Shown here piece by piece: positions 43,581 through 53,804 of a stretch of DNA of 64,000 nt. This DNA comes from an uncultured delta proteobacterium (lineage in GTDB: Bacteria; Desulfobacterota; BSN033; UBA1163). Below the pieces are notes generated by a model. It was not told where the DNA came from. It was given only the letters and a program-made list of their open reading frames with translations, and ran no database searches. The DNA is taken from assembly GCA_963708295.1 (NCBI GenBank), contig CAVPSJ010000007.1:32001-96000 (forward strand), in the 5' to 3' direction. The first letter of the stretch is position 1; each line of letters opens with the position of its first letter. Made by a program: the position numbers and the translations under genes.

Positions 43581-44663
43581 ATGATTCAAAATAAGAGATT
43601 GGTCCTAAGTATTTTTATTCTCTCCTGCGCCTTTTTCCTCATCCTCACTTCCTGCTCCGGGAGCAAGAAGGAAGAAAAGGTTTCTCCCGACAAGATCGTG
43701 ACCGTCGAAGGGATGGAGACGATAAAAGGCACGAATCCTCCAAAGTCGGAGCCGGCTTCTCCCAAGAAAACTCCCGCTCCGGCATCTCCGGCGCCCCCTG
43801 CAAAGAGAGAAGCCCCGCCTCAGGTGGCTTCATCCCCCCCCAGGCCTTCGTACACCCCTTCCCTTCCTCTTTTTCAAACAAGTTTGAAGAGAAAGGTCGC
43901 GATTTTGACCTTCGAGAACAATACCTCTTACAAAGAGGAAAAGATCGGAGAGGCTGTGGCTAAGAAGCTTTCCGATAAGCTTGAGGCAACCCAGCGGGTA
44001 GTGGCGCTCGATAAGAGCGTCGTCTCCGAGACATTAAACCGGGAGGGTTTCAGATTCCAAGATCTTTCGGACCTCCCGGTGATAAAGCGTGCCCATCAAT
44101 CCCTGGGAATCCAGGCGTTCGCCCTGGGGGCGGTGACCGATGTCAGCCTCCTTTCGTCGAAAGCCTCCGAGACTTCTGATGAGGAAGTTACCTTTGCCAC
44201 CGCAAAAGTGGAAATCCGTCTCATCGATGCCTCCACCGGAAACCTGCTGAGAACCTTTATCGGAAGAAGCCCTCTCTTCGGCACCAAAGAGACGGGAGAA
44301 TACAGCCGCGGGAAGTCTGTGCTCAAGGCGATTGACCTCAGTCTGGATGACATCCTGGAAGGTTTCCTCCGGGAACTCGACCTCCTGGATTGGACCACCA
44401 CCATTGTAAAAGTCGATGGCGAAAGCATCTACCTGAATGCAGGCAAACTATCCGGGATTCGCATCGGGGACACCTTGGAGGTCTTTGAGCCCGGAAAGGA
44501 GATCTTTCATCCCAACACTGACCTCTCCCTCGGATGGACCACGGGCAAACTCAAGGGTGCCGTGAAAGTGACCGACCTGTTTGGGGTGGATGCGGCCATC
44601 GGAAGGGCCGCCCAAGGCGCAGGGTTCAATTCCAAAGACGTCGTGAAATCTGCAATGAGATAA
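43581..44663 (+). CDS. Lipoprotein with CsgG-like and FlgT C-terminal-like domains
   Basis: Lipobox LTSC, Pro-rich linker, KVAILTFEN, IRLIDASTG, IYLNAGKLSGIRIGDTLEV. Confidence 0.75.
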   Translation: MIQNKRLVLSIFILSCAFFLILTSCSGSKKEEKVSPDKIVTVEGMETIKGTNPPKSEPASPKKTPAPASPAPPAKREAPPQVASSPPRPSYTPSLPLFQTSLKRKVAILTFENNTSYKEEKIGEAVAKKLSDKLEATQRVVALDKSVVSETLNREGFRFQDLSDLPVIKRAHQSLGIQAFALGAVTDVSLLSSKASETSDEEVTFATAKVEIRLIDASTGNLLRTFIGRSPLFGTKETGEYSRGKSVLKAIDLSLDDILEGFLRELDLLDWTTTIVKVDGESIYLNAGKLSGIRIGDTLEVFEPGKEIFHPNTDLSLGWTTGKLKGAVKVTDLFGVDAAIGRAAQGAGFNSKDVVKSAMR

Positions 44664-44933
44664 TTTCCGTAACAATCCGCTACTGGCATTCGTCACAAAA
44701 AAGCATGCTTTTTAACATTTTTTACTTGACATTGAAAAATTCTTTGTGATATTTTACACAAATTATAAAGAACCCGCGTAATTGATTCCAGGTTTGTCGG
44801 GCTCTCCACGAAACCGACTGAAATCCTGGACACAACGCAACAACCCGTGAAAAAGTTGTAATCATCATTGCAATGCAGATAGCCCTCCCTTCCCCCCACT
44901 GTGGAGAGGGGAGGACGGAAAAGGAGGATTCTC

Positions 44934-46955
44934 ATGTCCTTTGCTATGTTTGGTCGAACGATTCGAAAGATCGGTGTTATTGGATCGGGGAATATCGGTC
45001 CGGATATTGCCCTTCATTGCAGCCAAACCCTCTCCGCTTACGGTATACCCGTTGTCGTCGTGGATATCCTTCAGGCGGCCCTCGATTCGGGTTCAAAGAA
45101 AGCCGAATCGAAACTGAATAAGGCGGTCGAGAAAAAAATCTACAAGAAGGAAGAGGCAGATGCTATTTTCCGCAATTTGCAATTCACCACGGATTACGGA
45201 AAGCTGACCGATGCCGATCTGGTGATCGAAGCCGCTTTTGAGAGGCTCGACGTGAAGCACAAGATCTTCGCCCAGCTTGAGGAGACGTGCCCGAAAACCG
45301 CGATTCTGGCTTCGAACTCCTCTCACATCCCCCCCGAGGAGATTTTTCCGAAGGTGAAGGACAAGAGCCGATGCCTGGTGCTTCATTATTTTTTCCCTGC
45401 AGAAAGAAACATCCTGCTTGAAATCGTTCCCATGAAGGAGACAGACCCCGCTTTGGTTGAATACTCGAAGAAGTTCTATGAGTTCATCGGGAAGGCTCCC
45501 ATCCGGGTGGGAAGTCGTTTCGGCTTTGCGGTGAACCCCTTCTTCGAGGGAATGTTTCTTGCCACGATCCTGGCGGTTGAAAAGGGATTGGCCACGGTGA
45601 AGCAGGCAGATACGATCGTTCAGAAAACCCTCGGAATGGGCGTAGGGCCTTGCACTGGCCATAACCTTACCGGTGGAAACCCTCTCACTCAACATGGTTT
45701 GCAACAGTATACCTCCGTCATCGGTCCTTGGTTCCGTTCGCCGAAGATTCTGGACGAACGCGTGAAGTCCGGGGTCCCGTGGGAAACAGCCGCGAAAGGG
45801 GAAACGGTTGAATACAGCAAAGAAGTCTTCGAGGCCATTTCAAACAGGGCCATGGGGGCATATTTTGGAATCGCCTGTGAAATCGTTGAAAGCGGCGTGA
45901 CGAATATCGGCGATCTGGATATGGCCATTGAGGTCGGGCTGGTGATGACACCTCCATTCAGAATGATGAACCAGGTTGGAATAAAGAGATCGCTTGAGCT
46001 GGTGGAAGCCTATGCCAAAGAAAACCCCGGGTTCAAAGTGGCCGAGATGTTGAGAAAACAAGCAGCTACCGGAAAGCCATGGAAGATTCCTATGGTCTTC
46101 AGGGAAGATAAGGGGGATGTGGCCATCGTCAAGATCCGACGGCCCAATGCCCTGAATGCACTGAACAAGGACGTCTTTGACCAACTGGAGGAGATCTTCA
46201 CCGGCATAAAGAAGGACGCAAAAATCAAAGGGGCTGTTTTGACAGGATTCGGAACAAGAGCGTTTGTTTCGGGCGCAGACATCGGAATGCTGGCCGCTCT
46301 TAAGACTCCGGCGGAAGCCGAAGCCGGCTGCCAAAGAGATAAGGCGGCATTGGCTCTGATTGAGAATCTGGGGAAGCCTGTGGTCTGCGCGATGAATGGG
46401 TTGGCCTTTGGCGGTGGAAACGAACTGGCCATGTCCTGTACGGCCCGAATCGCCAAGAAAGGACAGAAGGTTTTCGTGGGTCAGCCTGAGCCGAGGCTCG
46501 GCATCATTCCCGGAGCCGGCGGGACCCAGAGACTTCCAAGGCTGGTGGGAATAGAAAACGCCTGGCCCATTCTCAGGACCGGCAATCCCATCTCTTCAGC
46601 GCAAGCGAAACAGATTGGTCTGATTCAGGAAGAGGTCGAAGGAGATATCGTCGAGGCAGCCATCGATTGGGTCAAGAAGATCCAGTCGGGAAACGTCAAA
46701 ATTCCAGCGATCAAGAAGGATCCTATTTCCATCCCTTCGAAACTCCCCGACGTGGATATCGGACATTTCAGTCGAAAAATCGACTCTCTCCTCCAGAAAG
46801 CCGTCTTGGAGGGCGCGAAAATGAATCTGGCGGACGGCTTGAATTTTGAATCCAAAGTCTTTGGGGAATGCCTCCTGACAGAAGATATGCGAATTGGAAT
46901 GGACAACTTTTTGAAGAACGGGCCAAGGGTCAATGCTCCCTTTGTCCACAAATAA
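44934..46955 (+). CDS. 3-hydroxyacyl-CoA dehydrogenase / enoyl-CoA hydratase fusion (dehydrogenase first)
   Basis: GSGNIGPDIA, SNSSH, HYFFPAE; then FVSGADI, AFGGGNELA, GQPEPRLGIIPGAGGTQRL. Confidence 0.92.
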   Translation: MSFAMFGRTIRKIGVIGSGNIGPDIALHCSQTLSAYGIPVVVVDILQAALDSGSKKAESKLNKAVEKKIYKKEEADAIFRNLQFTTDYGKLTDADLVIEAAFERLDVKHKIFAQLEETCPKTAILASNSSHIPPEEIFPKVKDKSRCLVLHYFFPAERNILLEIVPMKETDPALVEYSKKFYEFIGKAPIRVGSRFGFAVNPFFEGMFLATILAVEKGLATVKQADTIVQKTLGMGVGPCTGHNLTGGNPLTQHGLQQYTSVIGPWFRSPKILDERVKSGVPWETAAKGETVEYSKEVFEAISNRAMGAYFGIACEIVESGVTNIGDLDMAIEVGLVMTPPFRMMNQVGIKRSLELVEAYAKENPGFKVAEMLRKQAATGKPWKIPMVFREDKGDVAIVKIRRPNALNALNKDVFDQLEEIFTGIKKDAKIKGAVLTGFGTRAFVSGADIGMLAALKTPAEAEAGCQRDKAALALIENLGKPVVCAMNGLAFGGGNELAMSCTARIAKKGQKVFVGQPEPRLGIIPGAGGTQRLPRLVGIENAWPILRTGNPISSAQAKQIGLIQEEVEGDIVEAAIDWVKKIQSGNVKIPAIKKDPISIPSKLPDVDIGHFSRKIDSLLQKAVLEGAKMNLADGLNFESKVFGECLLTEDMRIGMDNFLKNGPRVNAPFVHK

Positions 46956-46983
46956 CGGAAAAATATTCTGATTCTTCCCTTTG

Positions 46984-47020
46984 CCTTTCCATCCTCTCCC
47001 TTTGGGAGAGGATGGAAAGG
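46984..47020. repeat. Perfect 17-bp-stem REP-like palindrome inside an operon
   Basis: cctttccatcctctccc-ttt-gggagaggatggaaagg. Confidence 0.8.
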
Positions 47021-47051
47021 GCGATGGGAATACGAAAGCGGGGAACAAACG

Positions 47052-48510
47052 ATGAGCATAAGAGAAAAGCTATCCGAAATCGTGGGGAGTGGAAATTTTT
47101 CAGACGACCCGAACGTTCTTGGCAAGTATGCCTCCGACTTCAGTCTGACGCCGGCGGGGGCGCCGAGCTATATGGTCAAGCCAAAAGATTCCCAGGAGGT
47201 CGCAAAAGTGATCCAGCTGGCCAATGAAAGCGCCCTCCCCGTGGTGCCGGTCAGCTCCGACGTGCATTTCAACGGGGCAGCCATTCCAAAGCAAGGGGGG
47301 ATCGTCCTCGACCTCACCCGGATGAAAAAGGTTCTGGAGATCGACGTAGACAATCGCAGGGTGAGAATCGAAGCGGGGGTCAAGTGGCAGCAGCTTACCG
47401 ATGAACTTGCGAAGAAGGGAATGAGAATGATCATGCCCCTGCTCCCTCCCGCAGGCCGTTCCGTCCTGACGGATTACCTCGAACGCGAGGTTCCGACGAA
47501 TGTGGTCTACGACTACGGGGAACCTATGCAGTCCCTGGAAGTCGTCTGGCCCACCGGTGAGATCTTCCGGATGGGGTCTGCGAGCGTAAACGGTTATCCC
47601 GATTCCGCTTCCAAAGGCGCCAATCCCTCGGGCCCCGGCATCGACTTCTACCGGTTTGTTCAGGGTGCCCAGGGAACCATGGGCGTTGTCACCTGGCTGA
47701 ACCTGAAGATCGAATCGATCCCGAAAATCGACAAGGTCTTCCTGGCGCCTGTCGACGACCTGGCTTATGCCCAGGACTTTCTCTACCGGGTCCTGCCGCG
47801 GAGAATCGGCCAGGAATGTCTTCTTTTGAACAACATGGATCTCGCTGCCATCGTTGCGGAGAAGTGGCCCGGCGATTTCGAAAACCTGCGCGCCAATCTC
47901 CCGCCCTGGACGCTTGTTCTGGTGGTAAGCGGGCTGTTGCGCCGTCCGGAGGAGAAGATCGCGTACGAGGAGAATTTCCTGAACCAGGTCATCCGGAATG
48001 AGTTTCGGAAGATGGAACTGCAGGATAACCTTCCCGGGGTGCCCGGCATCGGCCGAAAGCTCCTGGACATGCTCCGGAAGCCGTGGCCTGCGGAGAAAAC
48101 CTACTGGAAGAATATCTGGAAGGGCGGCTCCCAGAGCCTCTTCTTCATCGCCAGGCCGAATGCAACCCCGCTCTTTGTGGACACCGTCAAAAAGATCGCC
48201 CCCCTGTACGGGTATCCCGTAAACGACATCGGAATGTACATCCAGCCCATCGAACATAACCGGGCCTGCCAGGTGGAATTCACCTTCTTCTACGATCCGG
48301 CGAGCAGCCGCAGAAAAAACGAAGATGGGTGACCTGTACCGAAGCGTCGCCACCTCTCTGATGAATCAGGGTGCCTTTTTCAGCAGACCCTACGGCGAAC
48401 TGGCGACCATGATGTACGAACGCGCTTCCGGGTACACCATGGCCCTGAAGCGGCTGAAGAAGGTCTTTGATCCCAAGAATATTATGAACCCCGGGAATTT
48501 GTGCTTCTAA
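47052..48510 (+). CDS. FAD-binding oxidoreductase (PCMH/GlcD-like), frameshifted near 48310
   Basis: LDLTRMKKVLEID, IEAGV, GAQGTMGVVT, C-terminal KKVFDPKNIMNPG in the next frame. Confidence 0.85.
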
Positions 48511-48520
48511 GGAGGATAAG

Positions 48521-49810
48521 ATGCCCAAAAAGCAATTTAGCTTAGACGTAAGGCAGTTGGACAATTTCGTTTATGACATGAGCCGGTGCATCAAGTGTAA
48601 GGGATGCTACTGGGTAGAGCACACTTACATGCCGGGAGTTAACTTCAGCACGAGGTGCCCAAGCAACACCTGGAATGACTTCGATTCCTACGGCGCTTTC
48701 GGTAAGATGCGGATCGGCATGGCCGTAGCCGAAGGAAGGCTTCCATGGACTCCGAAGCTCTTGGAAATCATCTATGCGGATCCCCTTTGCGGCGCCTGTG
48801 ACGTAGGCTGCAAGAGGAACCTCGACCTCGAAATCGAGCTCTCCCTCGAGGCCTTGAGAGTCAAGGCCGTCAAGGACGGCGCGGGCCCCATGCCCGCCCA
48901 CAAGAAAGTGGCGGAAAATATCGCAAAGACCCACAATCAGTTTGGCTCGCCCCATCAGAACAGGAAGAAATGGGTCACCGGCGATATCCAGGTGGCCTCC
49001 AAAGCAGACGTTCTTTATTTCGTCGGATGCTCGGCCTCCTACCTGAATCCCGAGATCGCCCAGGCCACAGCGAAGATTCTCAATGCTTCGGGGACACCCT
49101 TCATGTTGATGCCGGATGAGTGGTGCTGCGGAAATACGCTCTACTCCGTGGGCATGGTTGACGAAGCACAAGCCCTGGCGCGGCGCAACATCGATGCGGT
49201 AAAGGCCACAGGGGCAAAGACGGTGATCCTGAGCTGCGCGGAGGGTTACCGGATGTGGAAAGCGGATTACCCGAAGATGCTCAACGTGGCCACGAAGGAC
49301 CTGGGGTTCCAGGTGATGCATGTCGTCGAGTTTGCGGATGCGATGGTCAAGAAGGGAGCCCTCAAGCCGACCAAGCCGGTGAACGCGCGGACGGCCTATC
49401 ACGATTCATGCAGCATCAGCAGGCTCGCTGATTCCTGGACTCCCTGGAGCGGGGAGCGGGGATGGATGGGCACGGTCAGCCCGGCACTCAAGAGACGGCG
49501 AGGGACGGAGGGACTGTACGCCCAGCCGAGAAACCTCCTGAAGGCCATTCCCGGGATCAACTTTGTGGAGATGCCGCGGACACGGGAGAACGCCTTCTGC
49601 TGCGGCGCCGGCCGCGGAACAAAGGAGGCATTCCCACAACTGGCCTCCTTCTCGGCGAAACATCGCCTGGATGAAGTAAAATCCGTCGGCGCCGAGCTGC
49701 TCGTCTCCGCCTGCCCCTGGTGCAAGAACAATTTCTCTCTGGCTGCCAAGGAAACGGGAAACCCTGTAAAAGTGATGGATATCTCCGAACTCATATTAGC
49801 GTCGATTTAA
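48521..49810 (+). CDS. (Fe-S)-binding CCG-domain protein (GlpC/HdrD-like)
   Basis: CIKCKGC, CGACDVGC, FVGC, CCG, YHDSC, CCGAG, SACPWC. Confidence 0.9.
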   Translation: MPKKQFSLDVRQLDNFVYDMSRCIKCKGCYWVEHTYMPGVNFSTRCPSNTWNDFDSYGAFGKMRIGMAVAEGRLPWTPKLLEIIYADPLCGACDVGCKRNLDLEIELSLEALRVKAVKDGAGPMPAHKKVAENIAKTHNQFGSPHQNRKKWVTGDIQVASKADVLYFVGCSASYLNPEIAQATAKILNASGTPFMLMPDEWCCGNTLYSVGMVDEAQALARRNIDAVKATGAKTVILSCAEGYRMWKADYPKMLNVATKDLGFQVMHVVEFADAMVKKGALKPTKPVNARTAYHDSCSISRLADSWTPWSGERGWMGTVSPALKRRRGTEGLYAQPRNLLKAIPGINFVEMPRTRENAFCCGAGRGTKEAFPQLASFSAKHRLDEVKSVGAELLVSACPWCKNNFSLAAKETGNPVKVMDISELILASI

Positions 49811-49818
49811 ACTCAGAT

Positions 49819-49865
49819 AACCCCTCCTAACCTCCCCTTAATTTAAGGGGAGGCAGGGTGGGGTT
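49819..49865. repeat. REP-like palindrome
   Basis: aacccc...cctccccttaa-t-ttaaggggagg...ggggtt. Confidence 0.65.
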
Positions 49866-49892
49866 AAAATGAGGGATTCATAGGAGGAAAGC

Positions 49893-51497
49893 ATGGCTAT
49901 CGTCAAAGAAGCGTACAAAGCATTGGAAGCGATCGTAGGCTCCAAAATATATTTCGGACGATCCCGCGGTCTGCGAAGGCTATCGGTCCGGGCCCGGGGG
50001 ATACGAATCCGGCCTTGGGTACGAGAGGGTCATGACGAAAATCCCTCTGTCGTAATCCTGCCCCGGAGCACTGAAGAAGTCCAGAGGATCGTCAAGGTGT
50101 GTAACCGCTACAAGATCCCCTACGTTCCATACAGCACGGGGTTTTACGGCCCCCGATCTCATTGCCATGTGGACAACGAACTGTTGGTTGACCTGAAACG
50201 CCTGAATGACTTCGAAATCGATGAGAAACATTTCTATGCCGTGGTCGGGTCGGGTGTCGTCTACTCCCCGCTCCAGGAAGAAGCCATGAAGCGCGGCGCC
50301 TATGTGGTCATCGGTGGAGGAGGCGCTCAGGCCTCCGTCATTGCCAATCTCATCGGCGACGGCTGGTCGCCGTTGAGCCACCGGATCGGCCTTCCCCACC
50401 GCCGGATTCTCGGCACCGAAGTTGTGCTGCCCGACGGCGAGTTGTTGAAATTGGGAACACTGGCCGTGGGTGAAGATCCCTTCTGGGGCGACGGCATCGG
50501 TCCGGACCTGCGAGGACTGCTCCGAGGGTATACGGGATTAAGAGGATGTCTCGGAATCGTGACGAAGATGGCTGTGAAGCTTCTCCCCTTCCAGCCGGAG
50601 CGCTTAGTCCCCACAGGGATTTCTCCAAACACGGCCCTGGCCCTTCCGGAAAAACGCGTGAAGTGGGTCAACTACCAGATGCCCAGCAAGGAAGCTCAAG
50701 TCAAGGCCATGTTTGAAATCGGAAAGGCCGAAGTGGGCGGTGCGGTCACGAAGGTCCCCCTCTTCTGGCGCGCCATTGCCAAGGCAGAAAGTAAGGAACA
50801 TTTCTGGGACCTCTGGGGAAAAGAAAACGCAGAGACGATTAAGAACTTCCATATCGTCCGCGTTTTGTTTATCGGATTTACCTCGGAAGAGCAGATGCAG
50901 TACGATGAAAACGTGATCGGTGACATCATGAAGGAACTCGGCGCCGTGACCAGGCCGACCAAACCTTCTGACGAATCCTGGATCAAAAACGCCGACTCGG
51001 CCGGCATGTGGCTGATGTGCGGCTCCTACGTCTCGGTCGACTATGTCATTGAGACGCTCTCGCAGGCGGTCGTCCACGGGGATAGCTACGCCGACCTGAA
51101 GTGGAAATACACGCCGCCTTTAATGCCGGACTACGGCGACCCGGGCTGGTTCCAGAGCTTTGAACTGGGCCATCAGGGTTATTCCGAATTTCTGATCTAC
51201 TGGGATCAGGACGAGGATACCACCGGAGTGGACCACTTCTATCTGGAAACCTCCAAGATGAACATCAAGAACCGTTACTATACCTCGCTCCTGGGGCCTC
51301 ACCAGCCGCTCTATCTGACGGGGCCGAAGTATGGGCCGAATTACCATGAATGGCTCCTAAAGATTAAGGATGAGTTCGATCCTCTCTGGGTATCTCATCC
51401 GCCGGTGCCGCTGGCCCATGACGCCTTTGTCGAAAAGGCAGAATGGATGAAGCCGATAAAAGATTGGGAAAGCCCAAAAATTCCTTCCAAATATTAA
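49893..51497 (+). CDS. FAD-binding oxidoreductase (PCMH/VAO-like); probable compensating indels at about 49945-50045
   Basis: VILPRSTEEVQRIVKVCN, VDLKRLN, EVVLPDGE, GPDLRGLLRG, LGIVTK, KIKDEFDP. Confidence 0.85.
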   Translation: MAIVKEAYKALEAIVGSKIYFGRSRGLRRLSVRARGIRIRPWVREGHDENPSVVILPRSTEEVQRIVKVCNRYKIPYVPYSTGFYGPRSHCHVDNELLVDLKRLNDFEIDEKHFYAVVGSGVVYSPLQEEAMKRGAYVVIGGGGAQASVIANLIGDGWSPLSHRIGLPHRRILGTEVVLPDGELLKLGTLAVGEDPFWGDGIGPDLRGLLRGYTGLRGCLGIVTKMAVKLLPFQPERLVPTGISPNTALALPEKRVKWVNYQMPSKEAQVKAMFEIGKAEVGGAVTKVPLFWRAIAKAESKEHFWDLWGKENAETIKNFHIVRVLFIGFTSEEQMQYDENVIGDIMKELGAVTRPTKPSDESWIKNADSAGMWLMCGSYVSVDYVIETLSQAVVHGDSYADLKWKYTPPLMPDYGDPGWFQSFELGHQGYSEFLIYWDQDEDTTGVDHFYLETSKMNIKNRYYTSLLGPHQPLYLTGPKYGPNYHEWLLKIKDEFDPLWVSHPPVPLAHDAFVEKAEWMKPIKDWESPKIPSKY

Positions 51498-51514
51498 TGA
51501 TCCCACGCCTTACG

Positions 51515-51542
51515 ACCCTCACTCCCTTTCAGGAGTGAGGGT
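51515..51542. terminator. Hairpin between convergent genes
   Basis: accctcactcc-ctttca-ggagtgagggt; no U-tract. Confidence 0.45.
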
Positions 51543-51590
51543 ATCACTTTCTCGAATTGTGCACAAAGTGGCAAGAAGGTTGTGCTTGAT

Positions 51591-51759
51591 CAAACCTAAA
51601 TCCGAAGCACGAAATCCGAATTTCGAGACAATTTCAAATGTTCAAAATCCGAAACGCCAAGGTCTTTTTGTAAGGTTTGGACTATTTGGACATTTGGATT
51701 TTGGATTTGTTTCGGATTGGTCCGAGACGGACGCTTCACCCGATATTCGGATTTTGAAT
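51591..51759. repeat. Inverted TCCGAAA/TCCAAAT-type tandem-repeat element
   Basis: ctaaatccgaagcacgaaatccgaatttcgagacaatttcaaatgttcaaaatcc ... tttggacatttggattttggatttgtttcggatt ... ttcggattttgaat; abuts the creatininase stop at 51760. Confidence 0.82.
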
Positions 51760-52656
51760 TTACTGAAGTCTCAAAACCGTTTGAATCCGACTATCCGGGT
51801 TAGGGTCCTTAGGCGGGGAATAACGCCCCTGAAGAAAGGCTTCGATCACCCCAGCGGCCGTCTTTCCGTAGGCTTCCATCTCTCTTCTTCCTCTTTCAGG
51901 ACTGGCCGTTGCCGGATCTCCAAAATATCCGTGGGGAGTGACTTCCCTGGCTTCCCTCCCTCCTTTTGTCCAGACCAGAAGATCTTTGAAAACCAGGTTC
52001 GTTGGTTTCAAGTTCTTCAAAACCTCTTCGTTCACCAGCTCCGGCAAGTACTGCCACATGAAGCTGGTTTCATATCCCTCGGCATGGATGTTGAGATAAG
52101 GAGAAGGGGGCCCGGAAGAAAAGAGACTTTCATGGATCAGAAGATGGGGCTCGTTCGCCCTCATCCCTAACCCCTTGAGGAAGAATGAGTCGATGACCAA
52201 GTAAGCCCCGATCCCTGCTTCGCTGTGTGCTCTCCGGATAGCCTTATCCAAGGCTTTCATATGACCGCTGTCCATGTGATGATTAATGAAGAAAATCCGC
52301 TTGAACCCCCAGTTTTTCAGGCTGGCCATCGCATCCGAGAGGACAGAAATCATCGTTTCTTCCCGACACGAAAAGGACCCGCCAAACGCACTGGTGGCCA
52401 CATTCATCCCCCAATAAAAGGGGGGAGCAATCAGGGATTGGACCCCTTTCTTTTCCAGTTCGGATTTCACGCCTCTTGCCTGAAGATAGGAGCCGTAGAT
52501 ATCGACCGCCAGGGGCAAATGTGGCCCATGTTCCTCGATAACGCCGACGGGAAAAAGCACCGGGGTGCCCTTCCCTGCTGCCTTCTCAATCTGGACATAG
52601 GTCATATGAGCCATCGTCTCTTCAAAGATGTTAATCCTTTTCTGCAGCTCACCCAT
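51760..52656 (-). CDS. Creatininase/mycofactocin MftE family amidohydrolase
   Basis: PVGVIEEHGPHLPLAVD, INHH, HAEGYETS, GYFGDPATASPERG. Confidence 0.88.
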   Translation of the reverse strand: MGELQKRINIFEETMAHMTYVQIEKAAGKGTPVLFPVGVIEEHGPHLPLAVDIYGSYLQARGVKSELEKKGVQSLIAPPFYWGMNVATSAFGGSFSCREETMISVLSDAMASLKNWGFKRIFFINHHMDSGHMKALDKAIRRAHSEAGIGAYLVIDSFFLKGLGMRANEPHLLIHESLFSSGPPSPYLNIHAEGYETSFMWQYLPELVNEEVLKNLKPTNLVFKDLLVWTKGGREAREVTPHGYFGDPATASPERGRREMEAYGKTAAGVIEAFLQGRYSPPKDPNPDSRIQTVLRLQ

Positions 52657-52913
52657 CAAAAATCTCCTTCCCTCAGTGCTCCTATCAAGGGTCTCACCAT
52701 TGAATAGGCATGAATCAGAAAATCTCCCCCCTGCCTTCGTGCCGCAAAGCGGGGCTTCGCCCAGGCAGGTCGCCCCTCTTTGCCCTTTGGCAAAGGGAGG
52801 TTGGGAAGGATTCTGCAAGTCATTTCGTTATTCTGAGGCTGTTGATATCATTTCTCGGTGGCTACTACTTCGTACCTGAAACCAGGGTCCACTGTCTTTC
52901 CGCGCAGGTCAAT

Positions 52914-53804
52914 CTATTCTGTACCTGGATTCCCCCTGCTGCGGCTGGATATGTCAGATCCTTGCCGCCTACAGAAAGCATCCGCAAATAGAGCTGCGCC
53001 TAAAGCTACGGCCAATGCAGGATCCCATCCAGGCTTAGGAGCCAATCTGGGTACCTCCAGGATACCTTCCAGCCGATCTGTTATCCCCGGATTCTTGGCC
53101 AGTCCTCCAATAATGACGAAATCCTTTTTGACACCCGATCTCGCTACTAATGTGCTGATTCTCTTAGCCATAGCATAGTGGTAACCTGCGATGACTTCTT
53201 CGAGCGGCACTTTGCTCCGGATTAAATCAAGAGCTTCGGATTGAGCATAGACCGTGCAAAAGTCGCTTAACTTTGGGAATTGATCCGATTGAAGTCCGAT
53301 GCCCCCGATCTCCGTTACCTCTTTATTAACGAGATCAGCAAATGCTTCCATCGAGCGTCCAATACCCGCAGCACATTTGTCATTCCAAAGGAAAGCGGTT
53401 GCCCTGCCTTTATCGGTGCAGTGAATGACTTTGCAACTCTGCCCTCCAGCGTCTAGTACCGTACGCACCGATGGGCCCCAAATATGTACAGCCCCTGCAG
53501 CGCCACACGCAATTTCAGATAGGGTTTTACGCGCAAACGGAACCTGTGTCCTCCCACGACCGGTTCCCACGACGTACTGAATACTTTCTAACGTTAAATG
53601 GGTCTTAGCTAAAGCCGCGTTTATCGCCTTGAACGCAGATTCTTTGGGCGTTCGGGTGACAACGTGAGAAACGGCATAGGGTTGCCGATCCAGTAATATC
53701 ATCGCCTTGGAACTCACCGCTCCCACATCGACTCCCGCTACGACCACCTTCGCCCTTGTCCAATCGAGCTGTTCGTTCATCGAAGCGCATTCATGTTCGC
53801 TCAT
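52914..53804 (-). CDS. ASKHA ATPase activator subunit, benzoyl-CoA reductase BzdQ/BcrA-like
   Basis: GVDVGAVSSK, GTGRGR, DAGGQSCK, NDKCAAGIGR, CTVYAQSE, GGLAKN. Confidence 0.85.
   Translation of the reverse strand: MSEHECASMNEQLDWTRAKVVVAGVDVGAVSSKAMILLDRQPYAVSHVVTRTPKESAFKAINAALAKTHLTLESIQYVVGTGRGRTQVPFARKTLSEIACGAAGAVHIWGPSVRTVLDAGGQSCKVIHCTDKGRATAFLWNDKCAAGIGRSMEAFADLVNKEVTEIGGIGLQSDQFPKLSDFCTVYAQSEALDLIRSKVPLEEVIAGYHYAMAKRISTLVARSGVKKDFVIIGGLAKNPGITDRLEGILEVPRLAPKPGWDPALAVALGAALFADAFCRRQGSDISSRSRGNPGTE

Noticed and set aside
47100-49402. Long antisense ORFs (417 aa, 286 aa) and others such as 10133-11011 and 38408-39160
   Set aside because: Shadows of well-supported genes on the opposite strand
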